Assembly (NCBI RefSeq): GCF_004010195.1
Contig: NC_057718.1
Span: 90,403,758 to 90,465,988 of the forward strand
DNA: 62,231 bases
Direction of reading: 5' to 3'
Source of the DNA: Chiloscyllium plagiosum
Lineage: Eukaryota
Made by a program: the position numbers and the translations under genes. Below, in pieces: positions 1-12,721 of the stretch. The notes beneath the pieces were generated by a model that was not told the origin of the DNA, did no database searches, and saw only the letters and a program-made list of their open reading frames with translations. Position 1 is the stretch's first letter, and every line of letters starts with the position of its first letter.

Positions 1-1455
1 GGTGTACCCTAGAACTCTGTGGGAAGCTAGAGAAATGATTGCTGGGCCTCTTGCTGAGATATTTGTATCATCGATAGTCACAGGTGAGGTGCTGGAAGAC
101 TGGAGGTTGGCTAATGTGGTGCCATTGTTTAAGAAGGGTGATAAGGACAAGCCAGGTGAGCCTGATGTCGGTGGGCAAGTTGTTTTGTGCGTGGGAAATC
201 ATGTCTCACAAAGTTGATTGAGTTTTTTGAGGAAGTAACAAAGAGGATTGATGAGGGCAGAGCATAGATGTGATCTATATGGACTTCAGTAAGGCGTTTG
301 ACAAGGATCGCTATGGGAGACTGATTAGCAAGGTTAGATCTCACAGAATACAGGGAGAACTAGCCATTTGGATGCAGAACTGGCTCAAAGGTAGAAGACA
401 GAGGGTGGTGGTGGAGGGTTGTTTTTCAGATTGGAGGCCTGTGACCAGTGGAGTGCCACAAGGATTGGTGCTGGGCCCTCTACTTTTTGTCATTTATATA
501 AATGATTTGGATGCAAGCATAAGAGGTACAGTTAGTAAGTTTGCAGATGACACCAAAATAGGAGGTGTAGTCGACAGCAAAGAGGGTTACCTCAGATTAC
601 AACAGGTTATTGACCAGATGAGCCAATGGGCTGAGAAGTGGCAGATGGAGTTTAATTCAGATAAATGCGAGGTGTTGCGTTTTGGGAAAGCAAATCTTAG
701 CAGGATTTATACACTTAATGGTAAGGTCCTAGAGAGTGTTGCTGAANNNNNNNNNNNNNNNNNNNNNNNNNNNNNNNNNNNNNNNNNNNNNNGATAGTGA
801 AGAAGGCATTTGGTATGCTTTCCTTTATTGATCAGAGTATTTAGTACAGGAGTTGGGAGTCATGTTGTGGCTGTACAGGACATGGCTGTACATGGTTAGG
901 CCACTGTTGGAATATTACGTGCAATTCTGGTCTCCTTTCTATCGGAAAGATGTTGTGAAACTTGAAAGGATTCAGAAAAGATTTACAAGGATGTTGCCAG
1001 GGTTGGAGGACTTGAGCTATAGGGAGAAGCTGAACAGGCTGGGGCTGTTTTCCCTGGAGCGCCAGAGACTGAGGAGTGACCTTATAGAGGTTTACAAAAT
1101 TATGAGGGGCATGGATAGGGTAAATAGGCAAAATCTTTTCCCTGTGGTTGGGGAGTCCAGAACTAGAGGGCATAGGTTTAGGGTGAGAGGGGAAAGACAT
1201 AAAAGAGACCGACCGGGCAACGTTTTCACGCAGAGGATGTTACGTGTATGGAATGAGCTGCCAGAGGATGTGATGGAGGCTGGTACAATTGCAAGATTTA
1301 AGGGGCATTTGGATGGGTATATGAATAGGAAGGGTTTGGAGGGATATGGGCCAGGTGCTGGCAAGTGGGACTAGATTGGGTTGGGATATCTGGTCGGCAT
1401 GGATGGGTTAGACCGAAGGGTCTGTTTCCATGCTGTACATCTCTATGATTCTCTA
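1..1455 (+). mobile_element. CR1-clade (HER1-like) LINE, RT region to 3' tail, frameshifted
   Basis: ORFs 270-797 (YMDFSKAFD, SGVPQGLVLGPLLF, KFADDTK) and 853-1374 (RPLLEYYVQFWSP, VWNELP); 3' tail ...gggtctgtttccatgctgtacatctctatgattct. Confidence 0.95.
747..792. other. Assembly gap (46 N) inside the CR1 copy
   Basis: Run of n characters with CR1 sequence on both sides. Confidence 0.99.
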
Positions 1456-1972
1456 AATCTAACCAATTCAATCAGGCTTTCAGTAAGTAGCATGCAGAGA
1501 TGAATAAATTAAGCAGCTCCTCTATTTTTCCCAAAGCTACCTGCTCTGAATTAGTGATTCAGCCAAAACGCAAAACTGAAGGGGGAAGTGGCTAGTCAGA
1601 TTATTCCAAAGAGGCTTGTTTTGAGCCTCTCGAGAAGTTATCAATAATTTTAAAATTCCTCATGGTGAGGTTTCAATACATTCTTAACCCAGCTGGAGCA
1701 CAAGCAGGACTGATGGTGCACTTATGCCATCATCTTAGGAGCAATATTTCTTTGGAGAAATATCCTAGAATGGAAAATCACCCACTGTTCATGTTGGGGG
1801 GCTGACCCATTGTGCTTTGAGTGCAATCTTTCACCAATATTCCCTCTTGTCTGTTCAGGTGATAGACAACAAAGAACCCAAGGGACCCATAAGTGAGGAA
1901 TAACAGGCGTGTTTGTCGTGTTCCTGGTTGTTATTTGGCTGGGTCTGGACATCTTCTGGTCAGGTTTGTGTG

Positions 1973-2150
1973 TGGAGTGTTCAATTCCCGCCTCAGGCGA
2001 CTGACTGTGTGGAGTTTGCTCATTCTCCCCGTGTCTGCGTGGGTTTCCTCCGGGTGCTCCGGTTTCCTCCCACAGTCCAAAGATATGCAGGTTAGGTGAA
2101 TTGGCCGTGCTAAATTGCCCATAGAGGTAGGTGAAGGGGTAAATGAAGGG
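1973..2150 (+). mobile_element. HE1/V-SINE, 5'-truncated body
   Basis: ttcaattcccgcctcaggcgactgactgtgtggagtttgc...; matches the full copy at 8517. Confidence 0.9.
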
Positions 2151-2151
2151 G

Positions 2152-2980
2152 TGTTAGTCTGCCTTCCTGTTCTTGCTCCAAAGTGGATAACCATACATTT
2201 ATCCATATTAAACTGCATCTGCCATGCATCTGACCATTCACCTAACTTGTCCAGGTTATTCTGTAATCTCCTAACATCCTCATCATATTTCACCCTGCCA
2301 CCCAGCTTTGTGTCATCAGCAAATTTGCTAATGTTATTGCTGATACCATCTTCTATATCATTTACATATATTGTAAAAAGCTGCGGTCCCAGCGCGGATC
2401 CCTGCGGTACCCCACTGGTCACTGCCTGCCATTCCGAAATGGAGCCGTTTATCACTACCTTTTGTTTCCTATTAGCCAACCAATTTTCAATCCAATCTAG
2501 TACTTTGCCCCCAATACCATGCACCCTCATTTTACTCACTAACCTCCTGTGTGGGACTTTATCAAAAGCTTTCTGAAAGTCCAGTTACACTACATCTACT
2601 GGATCTCCCTCGTCCATCTTCAGAGTTACATCCTCAACTATTTCAAGAAGATTAGTCAAGCATGATTTCTCCTTCATAAATCCATGCTGACTCTGTCGTA
2701 TCCTGTTACTACTATCCAGATGTGCCGTAATTTCATCCTTTGTAATCGACTCCAGATCTTTCCCACCACTGCGGTCAGACTAACTGGTCTATAATTTCCT
2801 GTTTTCTCTCGCCCACCTTTCTTAAAAAGTGGTATAACATTAGCCACCCTTCAATCCTCAGGAACCGACCCCGAATCTATTGAACTCTGGAAAATAATCA
2901 CCAACGCATCCACGATTTCCCGAGCCACCTCCTTCAGTACCCTGGGATGCAGACCATCAGGCCCCGGAGACTTATCAATG
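2152..2980 (-). mobile_element. CR1 LINE RT fragment
   Basis: ORF 1931-2539(-): SGVPQGSALGPQLF, ISKFADDTKLGG, WQMQFN. Confidence 0.92.
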
Positions 2981-2984
2981 TAGA

Positions 2985-3115
2985 TTAGGTGCCTTACTCA
3001 AGGATAAATTTAGAGGAACAGGGTAGGGGAATGGGTCTGGGTGGGTGACTCTTCAGAGGTGTCGGTGTGGACTGGTTGAGCCAAAGGGCCTGTTTCCACA
3101 CTGTAGAGGATTCTG
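2985..3115 (+). mobile_element. HE1 SINE 3' part
   Basis: gtcggtgtggactggttgagccaaagggcctgtttccacactgtag. Confidence 0.8.
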
Positions 3116-3651
3116 TGAAAGCAAGGAACAAACGCAGACAGCAGTCCTTCAGGCTAAATTGGAGGACCAAAAGCAAACGTCTTTCAGACAGTGGAATAAA
3201 TACAACCAAGGCCTTGGAAGAGCTTCCAACTCCAGAGCCAAGCTTAGGGTTTATGTGTGGCAGCAGAAATCTTGAAAAAGCATTGTAAACCTCAAAAAGC
3301 ACCTCACCACTTCCTCAAAATAAGGTACCAGACTCAGTCACCAAAAGAAAAACAGTGTGGTGTCCCCCGACAACCCACTTTGTGAAAGAACATTGAAGGA
3401 GCGAGGGGGGTCAGCACAATCCAGGCCAGAGCAGACAGCCTAACCTTTCAAGAAGTTGAGGCACAAGGATGCACAGAGAGAGCAGAAGAACCCCACCAGT
3501 TTGCCAGCAGGGAACCCACTGGCGCGATTGTCAAGTTAAAGGGTGTCATGAAGCAGCCCCGGGGATCCCAACATGGCTGCCATCTTGTATGGGATGTGGA
3601 GGAGGTCTTCATAACCAGAGCCCTTCATTAAGCCATGCACAAGATAACACG

Positions 3652-4285
3652 GAGAGTCATAGAGATATGCAGCACGGGAACAGACCCTTCGGTCCAACTT
3701 GTCTATGCCGGCCAGATATCCCAACCCAATCTAGTCCTACCTGCCAGCACCCAGCTCATATCCCTCCAAACCCTTCCTATTAATATACCCATCCTGATGG
3801 CTTTGAAATGTTGCAATGATACTGGTCTCCACCACTTCCACTGGCAGCTCATTCCATACCCGTACCATCCTCTTTGTGAAAAAGTTGCCCCTTAAGTCTC
3901 TTTTATATCTTTCCCCTCTCATCCTAAACCTGTGCTCTCTAGTTCTGGACACCTCCATCCCAGGGAAAATACCTTGTCTATTTATCCTATCTGTGCTCCT
4001 CATGATTTTATAAACCTCTATAAGGTCACCCCTCAGGCTCCAACACTCCAGGGAAAACAGCCCCAGCCTATTCAGCCTCTCCCAACAGCTCAAATCCTCC
4101 AACCCTGGCAACATCCTTGTAATTCTTTTCTGAACCCTTTCAAGTTTCACAACATTTTTCTGATAGGAAGGAGACCAGAATTGCACGCAATATTCCAACA
4201 GTGGCCTAACCAATGTCCTGTACAGCTGCAACATGACCTCCAAACCCCTGTCCTCAGCACTCTGACTAATAAAGGGAAGCCTTCT
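3652..4285 (-). mobile_element. CR1 (HER1-like) LINE 3' fragment
   Basis: ORF 3737-4291(-): LYRTLVRPLLEYCVQFWSP...VWNELP; tail homologous to 1300-1455. Confidence 0.93.
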
Positions 4286-5268
4286 CTTCACTATCCTATC
4301 TACCTGGGGTTAGTAACTGTTTCTCTAACAGCACACATTGAGGCTTGTTAAAGTGTTTGGAATGTTTTTCAGCTTTGACTCTTTCAATGCTTCTTGAAAT
4401 AGTTGGGTCCTCCTCAGTTGGTTGGTTTGTCCTATTCCACTTGCTGAGCAGCTCCTTCCATGGGGACGATTGGCTTCATTTGAAGGCAGATGGAAGATTT
4501 CTGAGGGATTCCTTGTCCGACAGGAAATGTATTTCATTTAAAGAAGAATCCGACCCTGATATTGGATTCATGAGCAAAGATGTCTGGCTTGATTTGCGAG
4601 TGAATATTGCTGAGGTGGTACCTGAAGTATTATGTGCAGGCCCAGACCCTATGTCTAAGGAAACACAGACCTGCTAACGATGGAGTCCAGCAACAGTTCA
4701 CCAGACTGATTCCTAGCATGGTTCGGTCCATCCAATGAGAAGGAAATGGGAGAGACTGGTCCTGTGAAGGAGGAACGGCAATCTCATAGAAACTTAAAAC
4801 ACTTGTAAAGGGATAAACATAATTGGGGCATGAAGGACCTTTTTCCTGGCTATGGGGGCTAGAACACAGTCTCAGGATGAAAGGCAAACCATTTAGAGGA
4901 GCAATATTCCCTCTCCCAGAGGATGGAGACTCTTTAGAATTCTTTACCCAAGATGGCTGCAGAAGCTCAGTCCATTTGCCCCATTAAATTCACTCAATGG
5001 GATGTGGGCATTGCTTGATGAGCCAACATTTATTGCCCATCTCCAGTTGACCTTGAGATGCCTGTCTCCCTAAGCTTCTGTTATATTTTATCTAAACACG
5101 AGAAAATTATGGGATCTGTTGTGCCAAGGCTGGACTAGGGAACCCACCAGGATCTATTCTTTGTCCCCTTCTGTTTCTTATTTACATGCAACCGCTGGGT
5201 GAGATGATCAGGAAGCACACTGTGTACCACATGCACACTGACGACACAGCGTTTTACTCACCACCACT

Positions 5269-5921
5269 TGTTATGGACCAGGCCAGGCTCCCCTCAATGC
5301 ATTTTAAGTAGGCAGCCTAAACCTACGTTTTCTAGCTGTCTAAGGCAGATGTAAGGAAAACCCAGGAGTGATGCAGCTGGTCAAACCACTTGGCTTCAAG
5401 TAAACAGAACTTCTTTACACACCACCCAATGAAACAGAAACAAAAGAAAACAGAATTTTGAATAACAACATTTGAAAATCCAACTGACACAATCCCCGCA
5501 ACTTAACGAAGGAGCTGTTCCAATTTCCTGCAACATCTCCATGAATATCTCCCTTGGCCAAGAAGGTAACATCAGACACAGGTTCTTACAGGAGAGGTGT
5601 CAGAGAGAGAGAGAAAGAATCAGCCAGGGACCATGGGCTGAGACATGGAACCTCTTTCTCACTTTCTTTAGGTCTCCAGCTAAAACGAAACCCAACTAGA
5701 CAAATCCCTGAAGTGGGAGAACTGGCCACTCTCCTTTCATTGTTCAACTGTTTCTAAAAAAAATGTAAAAGCCTTTTCCCTGATTGTTGCCTTGGGTAGT
5801 ATCTGTTAGCCATTAGCAAAGACCCCAAATCCCAGACAAATCAGAACCTCTGTGTTTTACAACCCCTGTTGAAAAAAACCCAAGGATAACATAACCTTGT
5901 TAAAGAGGCAACATCATCACA
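5269..5921. mobile_element. Solo-LTR-like element
   Basis: Starts TGTT, ends ACA; its start (tgttatggaccaggcc) resembles the insertion at 38370 (tgtattgaccaggcc); no clear TSD. Confidence 0.45.
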
Positions 5922-6041
5922 TACCTCTCTCCACTGGCTGTGGTTTGTCAGCCTTTCTCGCCTGATGTCCAATGTTGGATCTGTGGATAAATGTCCTTCC
6001 ACAGGGAGTGGCTAGGATCAGGAATACTCTGCCTGATGATG

Positions 6042-6188
6042 TTAAAAATCACACAACACCAGGCTATAGTCCAACAAGTTTAATTGGAAGCACTAGCTTT
6101 CGGAGCGCCGCTCCTTCATCAGCTATAACCTGGTGTTGTGTGATTTTTAGCTTTGTACACCCCAGTCCAACACCGGCATCTCCGAATC
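6042..6188. mobile_element. Miniature fold-back PLE, family B
   Basis: Inverted arms gttaaaaatcacacaacaccagg / cctggtgttgtgtgattttta; perfect 13-bp TSD ctgcctgatgatg (6029-6041, 6189-6201); HHR core on - strand 6091-6122. Confidence 0.88.
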
Positions 6189-6654
6189 CTGCCTGATGAT
6201 GCAATGCCGAATGGTTAATCATGGTGTTCAAAAGGGATTTGAATTATTTGGAAAGGAAGAAAGTGCAGGGGTGCAGAGAAGAGGGAAGGGAACAGCGTTG
6301 GCTGAATTGCTCATTTGGAAAGCCAATACACACATGATGGGAAGACTGGTCTTCTTATATGCTGTAACCATTCGAGGATTTTCGAATGCTGTGATTTCAT
6401 CATATTCACAAAACACTGTTAAAAGAAAGGACCAGATTATGTTTCACCTTCTCTTGTCTGTCTGATTACATATTTAATGTACATCGGTAACCACAAAATA
6501 ACTCATTAGTTGAATATGAAAGACAATCATTGATTGAAAACCAACCTGGCAGCTTCCTGAGGCTGTGAAAGGCACTATATAAATGCAAATCTTTCTTATA
6601 TATAACTTAGGTTTCAGCTGCGGAAGGAAACACCTCTATTTTTAATGTTTTTTC

Positions 6655-7170
6655 ATCTGTCCAGTTCTGGTCATCCTGCTAATAGTTAGGATATTATTAT
6701 ATTGGAAAGGGTGCAGAAAAGATTTACCAGGATGTTACTGGGACTGGGGGGTTTGGGTTGTAAGGAGAGGCTGGATAGGCTGGGACTTTTTTCCCTGGAG
6801 CATAGGAGGATGAGGGGGTGACCTTGTAGAGGTTTATTAAATCATGGGGGGGATACATAAGGTGAATAACAAAAGTCTTTTCGTTAGGGTGGGGGAGTTC
6901 AAAACTAGGGGGCATCATTTGAAAGTGAGAGGAGAAAGATTTAAAATGGACCTGAGGGGCAACTTTTTCACACAGAAGGTGGTTTGCATGTGGAACGAAC
7001 TGCCAGAGGAAGTGGTAGATGCAGGTATAATTGCACCATTTAAAAGACATTAGGACAGGTACATGGATAGGAAAGGGTTGGAGAGATATCAGTCAAACAC
7101 AGGCAAATGGAACTGGTTCAGTTTGGGAAGCCTGGATAGTTTGTTTCTGTGCTGTATGGCTCTATGACTT
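6655..7170 (+). mobile_element. CR1 LINE 3' fragment
   Basis: KTRGHHLKVRGERFKMDLRGNFFTQKVVCMWNELP plus CR1 tail. Confidence 0.9.
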
Positions 7171-7533
7171 TATTTGGCATACTGAGGCAAGTAATACAAA
7201 ACGATAAACTTTTGGAAATCTATCACAGGTTCAAGGAAGATTCAACAGAAATGACTTAAAATTCTATGAACCGATGTTCCACTTGGTCTCAAGATGAACA
7301 CAAACTGCTCTTGATCAACAGATGGTCACAAGGCAGGTAGACACCCTCTAGAGGACAGATCCAGCAATTACACAAGCCCATCAGGCCAAATTACAATGGC
7401 CAGATCCATTACTGAGCTCCCTTCAGTGGTCAAACCCCAAACCTATAGCAAGTACATCACCTCATTCTTCCTCTTCCCTTGCTAACCCTGGTGAAATGCC
7501 ATCTCCATCCCAAGAAAACAGCTCCGAAGTTAT

Positions 7534-8128
7534 AAAACCATAAATTGCTGGAAAAAAACTCAGCAGGTTAGACGGCAGCTGTGCAGAGAAAGCACAATAA
7601 AAGTTTTGGGTCCAGTGACCCTTCTTCAGAACTGATTGTGGCCACAAAAAGGTTGGTAAGATAAATGCTAGAGAAGGGGTGGAGGGAGGAGGTAGGAGTA
7701 AATGATAGGTGGAGAATGGATTGTGTATTGAAACAGCCCATGTAATGGCAAGGCATTGTTGGGGTAAGGAGATGGGAGAAGGTGCCTCAAGCCCTGAAAT
7801 TGTTGAACTCGATATTGAGTCCAGAAGTTTGTAGAGTTCCCAAATGGAAAATGAGGTGCTGTTTTTCCAGCTTGTGCTGAGCTTCACTGGAACACTGCAG
7901 CAAGACTGAGACAGAGATGTTTGCCAGGGAACAGGGGTTGGGTTGGAATGACAGGCAACAGTCTATGGCTCTATAATAGGAAGCTGAGGGTCATTTTTAC
8001 AGACAGAACATAGGGATTCTGCAAAATGGTCACCCAGTCAACGTTTCATCTCCCCAGTTCTCCCAGGCTGACCTTTCCCCACACCTTTGTTTGCGCAACT
8101 GTTGTTTCTTTTCTCTCTCTCTCTCTGC

Positions 8129-8167
<39 letters not shown>

Positions 8168-8401
8168 TCTCTCTCTCTGGGCTCTATCTCCACCTATCGT
8201 TTTCTCCTTCCCTCTCTTCCACCCCTCCTCTCGCTTATGTACCATCCTTTTCCTAGCTACTATTAGTTCCAAAAAAGGATCATTGGACTCAAAATGTTAA
8301 CTTTGCTTTCTCTCCATTGACGCTCCCTAACCTGATGAGTTTTTCCGGGAATTACTGTTTTCAGTTCTGATTTCCAGCAACCACAGTTCTTTAATTGTTC
8401 T
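7534..8401. mobile_element. PLE family C, asymmetric inverted insertion
   Basis: - strand encodes GIY-YIG C-terminus (LLQCSSEAQHKLEKQHLIFHLGTLQTSGLNIEFNNFR) and HHR-like ctgaagaagggtcactggacccaaaa; inverted 3' module at about 8200-8401; TSD gctccgaagttat / gcttcaaagttat (7521-7533, 8402-8414). Confidence 0.8.
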
Positions 8402-8516
8402 GCTTCAAAGTTATTCCTGCCAGTCGTGTTCAAACTCCAAAGGGGAAACTAATAGGGAATGCAGGTTAGCAGTAACATTGGTCAGGGCTTTTGCTCAATG
8501 ATCAACCACGGTGGGT

Positions 8517-8836
8517 GGGCGGCACGGTGGCACAGTGGTTAGCACTGCTGCCTCACAGCGCCAGAGACCCGGGTTCAATTCCCGCCTCAGGCGACTGACT
8601 GTGTGGAGTTTGCACGTTCTCCCCGTGTCTGCGTGGGTTTCCTCCGGGGGCTCCGGTTTCCTCCCACAGTCCAAAGATGTGCAAGTCAGGTGAATTGGCC
8701 ATGCTAAATTGCCCGTAGTGTTAGGTAAAGGGGTAAATGTAGGGGTATGGGTGGGTTACGCTTCGGCGGGTCGGTGTGGACTTGTTGGGCCGAAGGGCCT
8801 GTTTCCACACTGTAAGTAATCTAATCTAATCTAATC
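8517..8836 (+). mobile_element. Full-length HE1/V-SINE
   Basis: A box tggcacagtgg, B box ggttcaattcc, V-SINE core, CR1-like 3' end, (aatct)n tail. Confidence 0.95.
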
Positions 8837-9775
8837 ACTCTATTGCTTCCTAATCCACTAGTGCATGTACATATCCAGAACAAAAAGCCTCAAGGTAACC
8901 CTGTACCACTGACCCATTCACTTAGTCACCTATACGACTGACCCACTCACCCATGTGCAGGCAATGTACAATGAAGCAGGTGTGCCAAATGCCTTGTTCA
9001 GCACTAACTACCTGTGACTCCCCTTTCAAGGAACTATGCATCTGCACTCCTAGGTCTCTTTGTTCGGCAAAACTCTCCAGGACCCTACCATTATCTCTAT
9101 AGCCCTGATTTGCCTTATCAAAATGTAACACTTCCCATTTATCTAACTTAAACTCCATCTACTACTCCTCGGCCCTTTGGCCCATCTACTCAAAGTCCAA
9201 TTGCACTCTGAGATAACCTTCTTCACCGTCCACTACACCACTAACTTTGGTGTCATCTGCAAACTTACTAACTACACCTCCCATGTTCACATCCAAGGCA
9301 TTTATATAAATGTCAAATACCCAGCACCGATCCTTGTGACACACCACTGGTCACAGGTCTCCAGACTGAAATACAACCCTCTATAACCACCCTCTCTCTC
9401 CTACCTTCAAGCCAATTTTGTATCCAATTGCATAGGTCCCCCTGGATTCCATGTGATCTAACCTTGTTAACCAGTCTACAATGAGGAACCTTGTCAAATG
9501 CTTTGCACAAGTCCATATACAACATCTACTGCTCTGCCTTCCTTGAACTTCTTTGTCACATCTTCAAAAACTTCAATCAAGTTAGTGAGACATGATCTCC
9601 CATGCACAAAGCCATTTTGATATCCCCTAATCAGTCCTTGCCTTTTCAAATGTATGGAAATCCTAGCTCTCAGAATCCCCTCCAACAGCTTATCCACCAC
9701 TGACGTCCGGCTCACTGGTCTAGAGGTCTCTGGCCTTTCCTTACAACCTTTCTTAAATAATGGCATAACATTAAT

Positions 9776-10098
9776 GGGCGGCACGGTGGCACAGTGGTTA
9801 GCACTGTTGCCTCACAGCGCCAGAGACCCGGGTTCAATTCCCGCCTCAGGCGACTGACTGTGTGGAGTTTGCACGTTCTCCCCGTGTCTGTGTGGGTTTC
9901 CTCCGGGTGCTCCGGTTTCCTCCCATAGTCCAAAGATGTGCAGGTCAGGTGAATTGGCCAAGCTAAATTGCCCGTAGTGTTAGGTAAGGGGTAAATGTAG
10001 GGGTATGGGTGGGTTGCGCTTCGGCGGGTCGGTGTGGACTTGTTGGGCCGAAGGGCCGGTTTCCACACTGTAAGTAATCTAATCTAATCTAATCTAAT
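9776..10098 (+). mobile_element. Full-length HE1/V-SINE nested in CR1
   Basis: Near-identical to 8517-8836; CR1 resumes on both sides. Confidence 0.95.
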
Positions 10099-10957
10099 TA
10101 GCCAACCTCCAGTCTTCCAGCACCTCACCCGTGGCTGTTGATGGTACAAATATCTCAGCAAGGGACCCAGCAATCTCTTACCTAGCTTTCCACAAAATTC
10201 TGGGAAACACCTACTCAGGTCCTGGGGATTTATCTATCATTATGCATTTAATGATCTCCAAAGCCTCCGCTTCTGTAACTATTTATTTCTCTAAGTTTCC
10301 TAGCTTCCATTTCCTTCTCCACAGTAAATACTGATATGAAATATTTGTTTAGTATCTCTACTCCTACTGCCTTTATAGTCCTCCAGGGATTCACTTGATC
10401 AACACCTGATATATGCCTGCTTTTTCTTGACCAGAGTCTCTATTTCTCTGGTCATCCAGCATTCCCTACACCTACTTGTTTTGCCCTTCACACTGACAGG
10501 TACATACTGTCTCTGGATTCTCGTTATCTCATTTTTAAAGGCTTCCCACTTTCCAACCACTCTGTTACCTGCAATAGACTCCTCCAATCAACCTTTGAAA
10601 GTGCCTGTCTAATACCATCAAAATTGGCCTTCCTCCAATTTAAACTTTAACTTTTAAATCCGGTCTATCGTTTTTCATCACTATTTTAAAACTAGTAGAA
10701 TTCTGGTCACTGACCCCAGAGTGCTCCCTCACTGACACCACAGTCGGCTGCCCTGCCTTATTTCCTAACAGGAAGTCATGTTTTGCACCTTCTCTAGTAG
10801 GTACATCCACATACTGCATAAGGAAGTTTTCTTGTACACACTTAACAAATTTCTCCCCATGCCCTGAACACTGTGGCAGTTCCAGTCTATGTTTGGAAAG
10901 TTAGAATTCCCTACCATTACAACCTTATTATTTTAGTTATATATATTATATATATAT

Positions 10958-11595
10958 ATAGAACATTACAGCACAGTACAGGCTATTCGGCCTTCAATCT
11001 TGCGCCAACCTGTGGAACCAATCTGAACCCTATCTATCCCTATACTATTACATTTTCATCCATATGTCTATTCAATCATCATTTAAATGCCTTTAAATTT
11101 GGCGAGTCTACTATCGTCGAAAAATGTGGTGCTGGAAAAACACAGCAGGCCAGGCAGCATCCGAGGAACAGGAGACATTTCGGGCATAAGCCCTTCTTCA
11201 GGAATCCTGCAGGCAGGCTGTTCCACGTCCCTACTACTCTCTGAATAAAGAAACTACATCTGATACCTGTCCGATATCGATTATCCCTCAATTGCCCCCT
11301 CGTGCTAGCCATCACCATCCCAGGACAAAGGCTCTAACCGTCCACCCTATCTAACCCTCTGATAATCTTCTATGTCTCAATTAAGTCTCCTCTCAACCTT
11401 CTTCTCTCTAATGAAAACAACCTCAAAACCCTCAGTCTTTCCTCGTAGGACCTTCCCTCCATACCAGGCAACATCCTAGTAAATCTCCTCTGGACCCTTT
11501 CCACAGCTTCTAAATCCTTCCTATAATGCGTTGACCAGATCTGTACACAATACTCCAAGTGCAGCCGCACCAGTGTCTTGTGGAGCTGCAGCATA
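10958..11595 (-). mobile_element. CR1 3' fragment (second subfamily) nested in CR1
   Basis: ORF 11370-11594(-): LVRLHLEYCVQIWS...RFTRMLPG; tail next to a (TA)n tract. Confidence 0.88.
11116..11205 (-). mobile_element. Miniature single-arm PLE, family A
   Basis: Homologous to the 3' module at 48300-48400; ends at cttcttcaggaat; interrupts the CR1 tail. Confidence 0.82.
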
Positions 11596-12116
11596 ACTGA
11601 GATCTCCTTACAAATTTGTTCCTCAATTTCCCACTGATTATTGGGGAGGTCTATAATACAATCCCAACAATATGATTATTCCTTTCTTATTTCTCAGTTC
11701 CACCCAAATAACTTCCTGGACATATTCCCAGGAATGTCATCCCTGAGTACAGCTGTAATATCATCTCGAATCAAAAACATCACATCCTTCCTCTCTTGCC
11801 TCCCTTTCTATCCTTCCTATAGCATCTATATCCTGGAATGTTAAGCTGCCAGCCCTGTCCATCCCTGAGCCATGTGTCAGCAATAGCTATGATATCCCAG
11901 TCCCATAACCTGACCTAAGCTCATCTGCCTTACCTGTCAGGCCTCTTGCAATGAAGTGAGTGGAGTTTAATTTATCAGTCTTTCCTCGTTCTCTGCCAAG
12001 CTCTTGTCTGCCTTCACTTTTAGACTTATTCTCCTTAGCTACTGCACCGACGCCATTTTATTCTCTTTTCTCACGATCACTTCGGTGCCCCCCCCCCCCC
12101 ATCTTACCAGTTTAAA

Positions 12117-12220
12117 TATGGAGGTGCCTGACTAGCTACCTGATTAAGGAGTAGTGCTCCGAAAGCTTGTACTTCTACATAAACCTGTTCGACCATAACC
12201 TGGTGTTGTGTGATTTTTAA
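12117..12220 (+). mobile_element. Miniature PLE family B: short inverted tail plus HHR arm
   Basis: TSD cttaccagtttaaa / cttactagtttaaa (12103-12116, 12221-12234). Confidence 0.82.
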
Positions 12221-12721
12221 CTTACTAGTTTAAAGCCTCCTGAGGAGCACGAGCAAATCTCCCTGCAGGAATATTGGCTACCTTCCAATTCAAATGGAAC
12301 CTGTCCCTCTCCTACAGGTCATTTCTACTGTGGAAGAGATCCCAAAAGTGTGGATCCTTGCTCCCTTGCACCAGTTCCTCAGTCACGCATTCATCTGTTC
12401 CATCCTCCAATCCCTACTCTCAGAGGCACGTGGCATTAATCAGATATTTCTACCCATGAGGCCCTACTTTGTCACCTGTGTGCCAACGTGCATAATGACC
12501 TCCTGCTGGTCACTGTCCCCTTTGAGAATATTCTGCACCCACTCTGAGATTTTGAAAAAATCATGTCTGAAACTACAGGGGAAGAGGATGATCTTTGGTT
12601 TTTGATCCTGATCAGCGAAGGGTTTTTTTTAAAAATCACTGATACCTCTGCTGCTGCAAGGCTGGATATTGCCCGCCCCACATCAGCTATGAAACATGCA
12701 CTGATTCTTTGTTGTGTGTAT

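Larger units (their letters stand above)
8960..12560 (-). mobile_element. Long decayed CR1 LINE (ORF1 esterase, endonuclease, RT) with nested insertions
   Basis: YMDLCKAFDKVPH (9313-9525), RSCLTNLIEVFE (9494-9784), ORF1-like SEWVQNILKGDSDQQEVIMHVGT near 12480-12550. Confidence 0.88.

Noticed and set aside
270..1374. Functional reverse transcriptase gene
   Set aside because: The frame is fragmented by stops, frameshifts and a gap, and the same holds for all RT-like ORFs in the window.
8517..8590. tRNA genes
   Set aside because: These are tRNA-derived SINE heads that continue into the V-SINE core and LINE-like tail.
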